Assembly: GCA_016783455.1 (NCBI GenBank)
Contig: JADHWN010000001.1
Location: 41,930-105,929, forward strand
Source: Candidatus Bathyarchaeota archaeon
GTDB taxonomy: Archaea > Thermoproteota > Bathyarchaeia > TCS64
Direction: 5' to 3'
DNA length: 64,000 nt
Of this stretch, positions 9,734 to 18,225 are shown piece by piece (the first letter of the stretch is position 1; every line of letters begins with the position of its first letter). A model generated the notes under the pieces. That model had not been told where the DNA came from and did not search any database. It worked only from the letters and a program-made list of their open reading frames with translations. Made by a program: the position numbers and the translations under genes.

Positions 9734-10336
9734 ATGGAGGACCTTGTACCTTTCCTGGAGGACGCGATGAGGGCGGCAGAGGGGAGGCTCCGGGACACCC
9801 TGGGCAGGGAGTGCAGGATCTGCATCCACGTCCACATGAGCGGGGAGCTCACGCAGGTCGTCGATAGGATAGACCACGAGAAGTTCAGGCCCGAGCTCCA
9901 GTACACCCTGGAGGAGCTCATGGCAAAGGCAGGAAATGGGGGCTTCGTCCTGTTCATGCTGACCTGTGACGACGAGCCGACGGCCTTCCTCTACGGCTAC
10001 ACCGATGAGGGGGACGGGTCCAGATTCTTCCTCGACTCTGTCGCCACGCTCATAGAGGGGAAAGGCATAGGCTCCATCCTGGTGACCCTCGCCCTCGTGT
10101 ACTGCCACGACATCGGATACAGGAGCGTGGAGCTGTATACGGAGGAGGTGGATGAGAGGGGGCGGCACCTCGTGAAGTTCTACGAGGACATGGGGTTCGA
10201 TTTGGCAGATAAAGACCCGGACAAGGGCGTCGTCATGCGCTCTTACCTCGATGCCTCTAAGCTCAGACACGCGTGCCTGAGATACATCGGCCTGGAGAGG
10301 GATGCCCAGGAGTTCAGCTCCATACACACCCTGTAG
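9734..10336 (+). CDS. GNAT-family N-acetyltransferase (paralog of the 14477-15040 product).
   Basis: 200 aa. GNAT motif A-like LIEGKGIGSILVTLAL. It shares the unusual block RIDHEKFRPELQY with the paralog at 14.5-15.0 kb. Confidence 0.6.
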   Translation: MEDLVPFLEDAMRAAEGRLRDTLGRECRICIHVHMSGELTQVVDRIDHEKFRPELQYTLEELMAKAGNGGFVLFMLTCDDEPTAFLYGYTDEGDGSRFFLDSVATLIEGKGIGSILVTLALVYCHDIGYRSVELYTEEVDERGRHLVKFYEDMGFDLADKDPDKGVVMRSYLDASKLRHACLRYIGLERDAQEFSSIHTL

Positions 10337-10348
10337 AGAAGCTCCGAA

Positions 10349-10360
10349 TCTTTTTCTTCC
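10349..10360 (+). terminator. Oligo-T archaeal terminator candidate after the GNAT gene.
   Basis: ctttttcttcc begins 13 nt after the TAG stop at 10334-10336. Confidence 0.35.
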
Positions 10361-10400
10361 ACACACTAATTGTTTGGAAAGTTCTCTGAAACGTTATTGG

Positions 10401-10410
10401 TTAAAAAAAG
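10401..10410 (-). terminator. Oligo-T (T7 on the minus strand) terminator candidate after the GYD gene.
   Basis: The plus-strand a7 run at 10403-10409 lies immediately downstream, on the minus strand, of the GYD stop at 10416. Confidence 0.4.
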
Positions 10411-10415
10411 GGAGG

Positions 10416-10739
10416 TCACGCCTTCAGTGTACTGACGAACTCGTCGATGGTAGCGGCGGGCATGCTGGTGATCTTCACGGTGCCTCGGCTCCCCAGCTCG
10501 ATGGACATCTTGAAGATGGCCTCGTTGTCCGGCGCATCGACGATGGTAACGAAGTCGTATGGTCCTAGGACTGCGTACTGCTCTATGACCTTCACGCCGT
10601 AGGACTCGACCTCAATGTTGACTTCCTTTATACGATCCGGCTTGTTCTTGATGGTCTTCCTCCCGTCCTCCGTCAGGGTCGAGAGGAGGATATACCTCGC
10701 CAAGGATCTCACCCATGAATGGAAAACGGAGACCTTCAC
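10416..10739 (-). CDS. GYD-domain protein.
   Basis: 107 aa. YILLSTLTEDG...VLGPYDFVTIVDAPDNEAIFKMSIELGSRG carries the GYD signature (LGPYDFV). The true start may be internal. Confidence 0.6.
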   Translation of the reverse strand: MKVSVFHSWVRSLARYILLSTLTEDGRKTIKNKPDRIKEVNIEVESYGVKVIEQYAVLGPYDFVTIVDAPDNEAIFKMSIELGSRGTVKITSMPAATIDEFVSTLKA

Positions 10740-10915
10740 AAATAGGTTACGAAAACTTCCCCTGTTTCATACCTCCCTTCCCCTTTTATTAAAAAAACAG
10801 CCATTACTCCCCAAGATAGGGTACTGCGTTCTACTGGTTAGAACAAATGGACTGGACTGTTCGAATGTGTAGCATTATACCCATGTAGCACATTATAGGT
10901 GGACGAGGTAGAGAG

Positions 10916-11662
10916 ATGAAACCTAAGTCGATCATCGTCTTAACCATAGTACTCGCATTAGCCCTGACGGCGATGTCACTCAACGCGGCGAGGCCCACCG
11001 GGAACGAGGTCTCCGAGGCGGACGCCGCCATAGAACTGGCACTGGAGTTCGTGAGGCACAGCCCCACGTACCTCTTCGACGGGGTCTACGAGACCGTTAA
11101 GGTCGTTGACACCCTCATCATGGAGAGCTACCCGGTCCAGTACGTCGTGACCATCGAGTTCGACAGCCGCCACGCTGGTTTCGGTGACAGGACCGGTCAG
11201 GTCCTGGCCCAGGTGATGACTTCCCACAAGGCCGGTGTGAAGGTCGTGGACGGCGAGGTCGTCGCGGCCATCCTTGACGACGTCTGGGACATGGTGAACC
11301 AGGAGGAGATGGAGGTCTTCAATGACGTTGACCCCGACGCTCCAGTCGTGCATGACAACCCGGCGACGACCATCCTCCCCCCGGAGAGGGCGGTTGAGCT
11401 AGCGGTGGAGTACGTCATCCTGAACTTCAGAGAGCTTGACGGCGTCAGCGCCCCGGAGAGCTGGGAGGTCGAGGACCTCACTCCCCAGGGGCTCGTCGGC
11501 GCCTCTAAGAGGAAGTTCACGGGAGACAGCTGGACAGTGGAGGCCAGCTGGGCAGTGGTCTGGAAGCCTGTCTACACCGTCGAGATAAACCACGGCGGCG
11601 AGGACGGATTCCACTGGAAGGGTACCGTGGACCAAGACGAGAACGTCATCGAGATGGAATAG
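10916..11662 (+). CDS. Hypothetical secreted or membrane-anchored protein with an internal tandem duplication.
   Basis: N-terminal signal/TM MKPKSIIVLTIVLALALTAMS. Two related modules are visible: AIELALEFVRHSPTY... and AVELAVEYVILNF.... Confidence 0.5.
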   Translation: MKPKSIIVLTIVLALALTAMSLNAARPTGNEVSEADAAIELALEFVRHSPTYLFDGVYETVKVVDTLIMESYPVQYVVTIEFDSRHAGFGDRTGQVLAQVMTSHKAGVKVVDGEVVAAILDDVWDMVNQEEMEVFNDVDPDAPVVHDNPATTILPPERAVELAVEYVILNFRELDGVSAPESWEVEDLTPQGLVGASKRKFTGDSWTVEASWAVVWKPVYTVEINHGGEDGFHWKGTVDQDENVIEME

Positions 11663-11826
11663 CCGAACTGAGCTGTACTCTCGGACACACCGGGAGAAGA
11701 CAGATTCAGACCCCCCATTTTACATTTTTATTAGATTCTGAAATCCTAGGTCCATCGGTATCCTAAGTCCCTGAAATCTGCACTACGGTTAATAGTCTCA
11801 CAGCCAGAATAAACGATGGTGTTCGC

Positions 11827-12771
11827 ATGGCCTCCTTCGAAGAGACTAATCCCTGTGACATACCCCTCGAGACGGTGGTGGGGGCTCTCCGAGCCTTCTT
11901 CCCCGACATCCGTGAGGGCGATGTGAGCTTCATCTACCACGGCACATACAACGTCTTCGAGGTGAGGGGGGACTACATCTTCCGCTTCCCGGACAGCAGC
12001 CTGCTCAACGAGGACGGACACGAGCTCATCCAGTATGAACACGAGATCCTCCAGACGCTGGGCCCCCACATCTCCCTGGAGATCCCCCAGTACGAGTACC
12101 TGTCGGAGGACCCCGAACTTCCCTTCGTCGGCTACAGAAAGATTCCAGGGGTCTCCCTGTCCACCTGCTTCGACCGCACGACCAAGAAAATCAGGGGGCA
12201 GATGGCCGAGAAGCTGGGGGGGTTCCTCTCGGAGCTCCACTCCCCCGAGGTCTACGAGGCTTACATGGATAAGTGGCCCACCGACTTCACGGGGGACGCC
12301 TTCAAGGAGTACTGGGAGAGCTACTACAGCCTCATGCAGGAGAGGGTGTACCCGGAGCTCGACCCAGACCAGAGGGCATGGGTCACACGGCTGTTCTCCG
12401 ACTACCTCGAGGACGAAGATAACTTCGCCTTCGAGCCCCGTGTCGTCCACGGCGACTTCGACATATCCAACATCATTGTGGACCCGGACTCGTATCAAGT
12501 TCAGGGAATAATCGACTTCGAGGAGACCCGGTTCTGGGACCCAGCGGCGGACCTCCTCTTCTTCAACGAGGGGGATGACTTCATCGACCTGATCCTGGAG
12601 GGCTACACCCAGCCTCCTGGCCCCAACCTCGAGGGGAGGATGCGTTTCCTGTACAACCGTGTGCCGTTGATCTACGTCTCGACCGGGATCGAGCTCGACT
12701 ACAGGGAGATGGTAGAGGCCGGCTTCAGTATGCTCGAGGCCAGGATGAGCCTCCTGACTTGGGGACTGTAG
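11827..12771 (+). CDS. Aminoglycoside/antibiotic phosphotransferase (APH) family kinase.
   Basis: 314 aa. Brenner motif VVHGDFDISNIIVD and a downstream IDFEET (D-x-E) motif are present. Confidence 0.7.
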   Translation: MASFEETNPCDIPLETVVGALRAFFPDIREGDVSFIYHGTYNVFEVRGDYIFRFPDSSLLNEDGHELIQYEHEILQTLGPHISLEIPQYEYLSEDPELPFVGYRKIPGVSLSTCFDRTTKKIRGQMAEKLGGFLSELHSPEVYEAYMDKWPTDFTGDAFKEYWESYYSLMQERVYPELDPDQRAWVTRLFSDYLEDEDNFAFEPRVVHGDFDISNIIVDPDSYQVQGIIDFEETRFWDPAADLLFFNEGDDFIDLILEGYTQPPGPNLEGRMRFLYNRVPLIYVSTGIELDYREMVEAGFSMLEARMSLLTWGL

Positions 12772-12796
12772 GTGGCTCCAGCCTCCCTAACATCAA

Positions 12797-13264
12797 TTAT
12801 CTCCAGTTGTCCAACGCTTTCCGTATGTCCAGTATTTTCCCGAGGTGGTAGGCGTTATGTTCAATGATGATGACGACCTCCCGCAAGTAGGTGTATTCGT
12901 CTGATCCGGGTATGACCGATAGCAGATCGATGTCCTGGTCCTTGACCATCTCAACAGCCCTGTCCATATCTCTGAAGAACCCGTTAACCGTCTTGTCCCA
13001 CTCTTTATCCGAGACCTCCTGACTCGGAGTGGGCCAGAGACCGCTGGGCCATTCAGGTGACTCCCAGTCCGGATCGATGGCATAATAGAGGAGGTCCTCC
13101 TGACAGATCCGCATGTGCTCCAGCTCTTCGTATATCGAGTGCAGACTATCGTCGGGCCTTACGCCTCTGAGCTCCGGTCTGATCCCTTCCAAGGCCTTCT
13201 TGTAAGGCACAAAGGCCTGCCCGCCTCTAAGGGATTTAGCTAGTTGCTCTCTTAACACATCCAT
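12797..13264 (-). CDS. DinB/YfiT-like (DinB_2) putative metal-dependent hydrolase.
   Basis: 155 aa. IIEHNAYHLGKI is the typical DinB_2 C-terminal His motif. Confidence 0.55.
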   Translation of the reverse strand: MDVLREQLAKSLRGGQAFVPYKKALEGIRPELRGVRPDDSLHSIYEELEHMRICQEDLLYYAIDPDWESPEWPSGLWPTPSQEVSDKEWDKTVNGFFRDMDRAVEMVKDQDIDLLSVIPGSDEYTYLREVVIIIEHNAYHLGKILDIRKALDNWR

Positions 13265-13363
13265 AAAGTTCTTCCCTTCCCTGGTTCACCTTGATGAATT
13301 GATGTATTAATTATTTATTAGAATGGCTAAATCCTCGGTCATCCCTCTCGCTTGGGGTCCTCT

Positions 13364-14350
13364 CTAGTAAATGTCGCTGTTTGTGACGTGCCAGCGTTGG
13401 TAGTCCGATATCTTCAGTTCACCCCTGAATACGGCTCTTCCTTCCTGGCGGGTGTTGTTTAGAGCCATCATGATGACGGTGTACCAGGGGAGGACCTTGA
13501 AGCCCATTTCCACGGCCAATGACTCGAGCCGGCTTCCCCTCTTTGCGTTAAACTCGACTGCGGTCACGCCCGTGTGCATCTCCAACAGAGCCTCCAAGGT
13601 TCCGGGTAACAGATCCTCGAGCAGACCGAGAGTGTAGTCGTTGAGGGTCATAGTGAGACCGCCGTACTCCTCCATGAGGTCGACTACGACGTAGCCCCTG
13701 GTCTCTCCGTCCATCAGAACCTTGTATGGGCGATTGTCTCTCACGGGGTGTCTATTCACCCGCCAGCGGAGATAGGGCAGGGTCCTATGGAAGTGGAGCA
13801 AGTGACTTCGCGCCGCCCACTCCTCGTAGAGCTCATGGTACTCCTCGACACTGATGGGTACCAAGTCGACGCCTCTGCGCGTAGCGAACTCCTCCAGAGC
13901 TTCACATTCAGCTTGGCATTTATCCACGTCGTATGCGAGCTCCGAGCCAGCTTTATGAGCGGCTCCAGCCGCCTCTATTAGGTTGAAGCCGATTAGTATC
14001 TCCGGGGCTCTCCCCTTCATCTCCTCTGACAGGAATCTCACAGTCCTCTGGAAGAGCCCCTTTCTGCGGTGCTCCCTGTCGACGAAGCCGTCGCAGCCCT
14101 GAACTGCCAGGAAGACCTCGTCGCCCATCCGGACCTGAAGGGGCAGGAAGGAGTTGAACGCTATGGGTACGCCCGTGGGGACGTGCTCTACAACGGCGAT
14201 GGACGTGAACCCGAGGTTGAATGGGTCCTCTTGGAACTTCCATCTGAAGACGTCCTCGTTGTACTCATCCCACAGGTCCACGTTCAGGCCATTCACAAAG
14301 GACGTTAAGTCTCCTTTTTTGAACCACCGCACAGTGTATTCGTCAGACAA
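13364..14350 (-). CDS. Two-domain GNAT-fold (FemAB/BioF2-like) acyltransferase-family protein, hypothetical.
   Basis: 328 aa. The acyl-CoA N-acyltransferase-like segment FLAVQGCDGFVDREHRRKGLFQRTV resembles an R/Q-x-x-G-x-G/A motif. Confidence 0.45.
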   Translation of the reverse strand: MSDEYTVRWFKKGDLTSFVNGLNVDLWDEYNEDVFRWKFQEDPFNLGFTSIAVVEHVPTGVPIAFNSFLPLQVRMGDEVFLAVQGCDGFVDREHRRKGLFQRTVRFLSEEMKGRAPEILIGFNLIEAAGAAHKAGSELAYDVDKCQAECEALEEFATRRGVDLVPISVEEYHELYEEWAARSHLLHFHRTLPYLRWRVNRHPVRDNRPYKVLMDGETRGYVVVDLMEEYGGLTMTLNDYTLGLLEDLLPGTLEALLEMHTGVTAVEFNAKRGSRLESLAVEMGFKVLPWYTVIMMALNNTRQEGRAVFRGELKISDYQRWHVTNSDIY

Positions 14351-14476
14351 GGAATGATGTTAGATATGTAGGGAAAGACTACATTAATTTTGAGTTCGAT
14401 CAAAGTCTAAGGAAAAAAGCACACGACGAGCTTGGATGCCCCTGACATATTAGGGGCGGTGATCGAACTGCTGACT

Positions 14477-15040
14477 CTACTTGTCCGAGATGTACCGGTC
14501 ATATAGCGACCTGATGCCTTGAGGGGTGTGTTTTAGCCTCATCTCTACGCCCTCCGATGGATCTGAGGATACAATCTCGAAGCCGAGTCTACCCCAGATT
14601 CGCGTCAGGGGCCTCCCTTCTTCGTCCACCTCCTCTGTCGTCAGCTTCGTGTATTCGTAACCATTTTCATAGGAATGGAGTATCTCCAACGCGAACAGCG
14701 TGGAGCCCACGCTCTTACCCTCGATGAGAGTTGCTGTAGTATCGGAGAAGAAAGTGCCCTCCTCCTCATCGTCGTACCCGTAATCAAAGGCGACTGCCCT
14801 GCCATCGAGTCTCGCTATCAGGCATAGGAACCCTCTCCTCTGCCTCCTCGAGTCCAGCTCGTCGCGGTCATACCATAGCTCCCGCCTGAACTTTTCGTGG
14901 TCTATTGTCTCGATATCTGTCATGAGACCCACATCAAGCTCGTGGTGGACTAAAATCTTGCATCGCCCATTCAGTAGCCGGCTTAACCTGCTTTCTGCCT
15001 CCTTTACCGACTCGGCAAAAGGGGGGATGGTTTCAGTCAT
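14477..15040 (-). CDS. GNAT-family acetyltransferase, paralog of the 9734-10336 product.
   Basis: Start taken at MTETIPPFAESVKEAESRL, which aligns with MEDLVPFLEDAMRAAEGRL of the paralog. Both carry IDHEKFRRELWY and LIEGKSVGSTLFAL. Confidence 0.6.
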   Translation of the reverse strand: MTETIPPFAESVKEAESRLSRLLNGRCKILVHHELDVGLMTDIETIDHEKFRRELWYDRDELDSRRQRRGFLCLIARLDGRAVAFDYGYDDEEEGTFFSDTTATLIEGKSVGSTLFALEILHSYENGYEYTKLTTEEVDEEGRPLTRIWGRLGFEIVSSDPSEGVEMRLKHTPQGIRSLYDRYISDK

Positions 15041-15217
15041 TGGAGACCTAAACACCGTTAATTAGTATAATGTTATAATTTTTATTATGTGCCTCCATGA
15101 AATTTTATTCCCCCCTGACGGATGAGTTTAGGGTCATTTTAGATGCGCTTGCGAGCCGGAACCAGTTTCTTAAGTTGAGCAGTGATAGGAGGGAGCGTTC
15201 CTTTTTTGTTCCGATTG

Positions 15218-15787
15218 CTACGAGGGTCTGATGTTCTGTGTGGTCCTTCTCACTACCTCTGATATCCGCCTGGCCCTCGTCTCCTCCCTCTTAGCGTCCT
15301 GCACCCAGCGGGTGTACATCAGCTTCACGGAGTTGGAGAAGGCCTCCCAGTTGCCCCAGGCCTCTTCGTCCCCCCTCAGGGCCTCGATGAGGTCATCGGG
15401 GACCTCGGGCGCCACCCTCGATGTGTAGGCGGACTCCCACCTCCCGTTCGCCTCCGCCTTCTCCACCTCGGCGTAGCCTGCCTCTGCCATGAGCCTCGCC
15501 TCCATCATCCTCTCCGCCCGCCTCCTGTTGAGCTTGGACCAGACACTGTTTCCACGTCGCGGCGAGAACCACTGACGGAACTTGTCGTCGTCGACGCTCT
15601 GCATTTTACCGTCAATCCAGCCGAAGCAGATGGCCTCCTCTACGGCCTCGTCGTACCTCAGCCCCTCCAGCTTGGACCCCTTCTTGTAGAGGGTCAGCCA
15701 GATCCCCTTCTCCCTCGTGTGGTTCTCCTCGAGCCAGCTGCGCCACTCAGATCTGGTCCTGAAGTCGAGGTCGGAGGGCTGGGACAT
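15218..15787 (-). CDS. YdeI/OmpD-associated-family-like protein (uncharacterised).
   Basis: Start taken at MSQPSDLDFRTRSEWRSWLEENH. The W-rich N-terminus and basic C-terminus are typical of YdeI-like proteins. The family call is from memory. Confidence 0.45.
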   Translation of the reverse strand: MSQPSDLDFRTRSEWRSWLEENHTREKGIWLTLYKKGSKLEGLRYDEAVEEAICFGWIDGKMQSVDDDKFRQWFSPRRGNSVWSKLNRRRAERMMEARLMAEAGYAEVEKAEANGRWESAYTSRVAPEVPDDLIEALRGDEEAWGNWEAFSNSVKLMYTRWVQDAKREETRARRISEVVRRTTQNIRPS

Positions 15788-15833
15788 GCCTACAGATAAT
15801 AGTCGAGGAGTTGAAAAAATGTCGCGTTCGGAC

Positions 15834-16139
15834 CTAGATCCGCTCAAGCTTGAAGACCACGGTCTTGCGGCCGTCGGTGCAGCTTGAGTATGAGGTGGCA
15901 GGGGCCCCTATCCAGGGGTAGTCGCCTCCCCGCATCAGGTGGATGAGGTCCCTGTAGATGTCCCTGAAGGCCCAGCTGCAAAACCCCTCCGGGCAGTCGG
16001 CGCTATCCAGGACGTATTCCTGGCCTGGGATGTGGGTCCCGCACGGGGTCGCGAAGTCAGCCAGTTCCTCGGGCATGTCGTCTCCGAAGATCTCCTCCTT
16101 GGAGAAGCCGCGGATGACGGTGATCTTTACAGCCGCCAT
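15834..16139 (-). CDS. Small Cys-rich protein (possibly the TIGR04076 family), tandem paralog 2.
   Basis: MAAVKITVIRGFSKEEIFGD...TPCGTHIPGQEYVLDS-ADCPEGFCSWAFRDI...SSCTDGRKTVVFKLERI. Its start overlaps the stop of the upstream paralog (TGATG). Confidence 0.5.
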   Translation of the reverse strand: MAAVKITVIRGFSKEEIFGDDMPEELADFATPCGTHIPGQEYVLDSADCPEGFCSWAFRDIYRDLIHLMRGGDYPWIGAPATSYSSCTDGRKTVVFKLERI

Positions 16140-16450
16140 CAGTTCTCCACCTTCTCGATCCTGAAGACCACGGGCCTCAGCCCGTCGGTGCAGGTCACCC
16201 AGTTCACCTTCCTCTCGGAGTAGTAGTCGCTCCCGAAGTAGAGGTCCACGAGGTCCTTCTGGATGTCGGCGTAGGCCCAGCTGCAGAAGCCCGCCGGGCA
16301 GCCCAGGCTGTTGTCGAGGATGAACTCCTGGCCCTCCAGGTGGATGGGGCATGGGCTCGTGAAGTCGTCGGGGAGGTGGTCGGGTGGTTCCCCCTGGAAG
16401 ACCTCCTCGACGGTGAAGCCCTTAACGACGCTGATCTTGATCCTGGTCAT
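16139..16450 (-). CDS. Small Cys-rich protein (possibly the TIGR04076 family), tandem paralog 1.
   Basis: MTRIKISVVKGFTVEEVFQG...SPCPIHLEGQEFILDNSLGCPAGFCSWAYADI...VTCTDGLRPVVFRIEKV has the same architecture as its neighbour. Confidence 0.5.
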   Translation of the reverse strand: MTRIKISVVKGFTVEEVFQGEPPDHLPDDFTSPCPIHLEGQEFILDNSLGCPAGFCSWAYADIQKDLVDLYFGSDYYSERKVNWVTCTDGLRPVVFRIEKVEN

Positions 16451-16483
16451 ATACGGCTCACGTATTCTGACACCTAGAGGATA

Positions 16484-18175
16484 TTAGTACCCTATGGCGA
16501 TGGACTCGTGCATGTATTGGTGGCACTGGACGCCCCCGTGGAGGAGCCCCGTCTCCGGGTCCACGATGACGCCGACGGGCCGCCCCCAGCCGTACCGCTC
16601 CCTGTCCACCCAGACCAGGTCGTGCCCCCTCTCCAGGAGCCCCTCCCTCACCTCCGGCGGATACCTGTTGTCGACGTAGACGGTGGAGGTCTCCCTGAAG
16701 AGCCTGGGTGCCTCGATGGCGTCCTGGATGCCCATGCCGTGGTCCACGACGTTGACGACGACGTGGGCGACGGAGACCTGGATCTTCCTGCCCCCGGGTG
16801 CTCCGACGGACATGAAGGCCTCCCCGTCTCTGAGGAGGATGGTGGGGCAGACGTTCTGGATGCGCCTCTTCCGGCCGTCGATGGAGTTGGCGTGGCCGGG
16901 CTCCGGGTTGAGGCCGTACATGGCGTTGTTCATCGTGATGCCCGTCCCGGGGACCACGATGCCGCTGCCGAATCCGTCCACGAGGGTCTGGTTTACGCAG
17001 ACCAGGTTCCCCGCCCTGTCCCCGACGGCGAGGGCCGTGGTGCACTCGGGTTCATGGCGCCAGGGGTCGCCGGGCTCGACGGCGCAGGCCTCGTCCAGGC
17101 GTATCCTCCCCCTGAGCTCCTCGGCGTACCCGTCGGAGACGAGAGCCTTCTGGGGGACGCGGACGTGGCCCGGGTCTCCGAGGTACTTGAAGCGGTCGGC
17201 GAAGGCGAGGCCCACCGCCTCCGCCATAAGGTGGACCGTCTCAGGGGATCCGAAGCCGAGGCCGGCGAGGTCGTATCCCTCCAGTATCTTGAGTATCTGC
17301 ATCATGGTGATCCCCGAGTGGCTGGGGTCGTAGACCACGTCGTATCCCCTGTAGCTCCCGGGCTCGGGCTCGTGGACTATGGGCTCGTAGATGTCCAGGT
17401 CCTCCAGGGTGACGAGGCCTCCTCCCCTCTCCATCTCCTCGGCGATGGCCTCCGCGATCCATCCCCTGTAGAAGGCGTCAGACCCATCCTCTGCGATGGA
17501 GGCCAGCGACTTTGCGAGGTCGGACTGGACGAGCTTCGGAGGGTTCTTGGCGATCACTGAGGAGGGCCTGTAGGGGTACTGGCCGTCGATGAGGTAGATC
17601 CGCCTCCACTCCGGGAAGCCTGAGAAGAGCCTTAACCTGTTCGCGATGGAGGTGGTGATGCCCCTGCCGGGGACGAAGCCCTCCCTGGCCACAGCGATGG
17701 CAGGCGCCATTACCTCCCGAAGGCTCATGGTCCCGTACCTCTCCAGGGCCTCCGTGAGGCCTGCTACTGTGCCCGGTGTGGTGCTAGCCCTGTAACCGTA
17801 GACGTTGGCGTCGCCCTTCACCTTCCTCCAGCCCATCCAGCCGGGCTCGGTGTCATCTGTGAGCTCGTACATGTCTGGGGTGCAGCTCTTGGCAGGGCGC
17901 CCGACGTAGTCGACTATGATGTTCTCCCCCGACTCGAGGTGGATGGCCATGACGCCCTCCCCACCGATGCCGTTGGAGGCTGGCTCCACGACGCAGTCCA
18001 TGAAGGCGGCGGCGATGGCGGCGTCGACGGCGGTCCCGCCCTTCCTCATCATCTTGACGCCGGCCTCGCTGATGAGGGGGTGCTTGGAGGCGACCATGCC
18101 GTTCTCGGCGACGCAGTCGGGTCTCCCGGCGCCGATCCATCTGCGTCTCTGGTAGACTAGGGGCTGATCAGACAT
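16484..18175 (-). CDS. ggt: Gamma-glutamyltranspeptidase.
   Basis: 563 aa. GGT family features: the autoprocessing and catalytic Thr in NQTLVDGFGSGIVVPGTGITMNN, and the MSVGAPGG small-subunit motif. Confidence 0.85.
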   Translation of the reverse strand: MSDQPLVYQRRRWIGAGRPDCVAENGMVASKHPLISEAGVKMMRKGGTAVDAAIAAAFMDCVVEPASNGIGGEGVMAIHLESGENIIVDYVGRPAKSCTPDMYELTDDTEPGWMGWRKVKGDANVYGYRASTTPGTVAGLTEALERYGTMSLREVMAPAIAVAREGFVPGRGITTSIANRLRLFSGFPEWRRIYLIDGQYPYRPSSVIAKNPPKLVQSDLAKSLASIAEDGSDAFYRGWIAEAIAEEMERGGGLVTLEDLDIYEPIVHEPEPGSYRGYDVVYDPSHSGITMMQILKILEGYDLAGLGFGSPETVHLMAEAVGLAFADRFKYLGDPGHVRVPQKALVSDGYAEELRGRIRLDEACAVEPGDPWRHEPECTTALAVGDRAGNLVCVNQTLVDGFGSGIVVPGTGITMNNAMYGLNPEPGHANSIDGRKRRIQNVCPTILLRDGEAFMSVGAPGGRKIQVSVAHVVVNVVDHGMGIQDAIEAPRLFRETSTVYVDNRYPPEVREGLLERGHDLVWVDRERYGWGRPVGVIVDPETGLLHGGVQCHQYMHESIAIGY

Positions 18176-18225
18176 GATCAGGGGTTATGCGATGATCTTA
18201 AAATGATATTCTCGTGCCTCGGAGG

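Noticed and set aside
10800-10915. Near-direct repeat gtagcattata / gtagcacattata upstream of the secreted-protein gene.
   Set aside because: It is short and imperfect. It could be a promoter element, but evidence is insufficient for a feature call.
16508-17560. Long (350 aa) + strand ORF and many other 60-330-aa ORFs antisense to or out of frame with confident genes. Examples are 1614-2609(-), 548-1051(-), 9422-10366(-), 19636-20193(-), 25101-26432(-), 58297-59028(-) and 62887-63567(-).
   Set aside because: They are typical stop-codon-poor alternative frames in roughly 60 % GC DNA. They have Ala/Arg/Gly/Pro-rich low-complexity translations, no motifs, and each is fully overlapped by a gene with strong family signatures.
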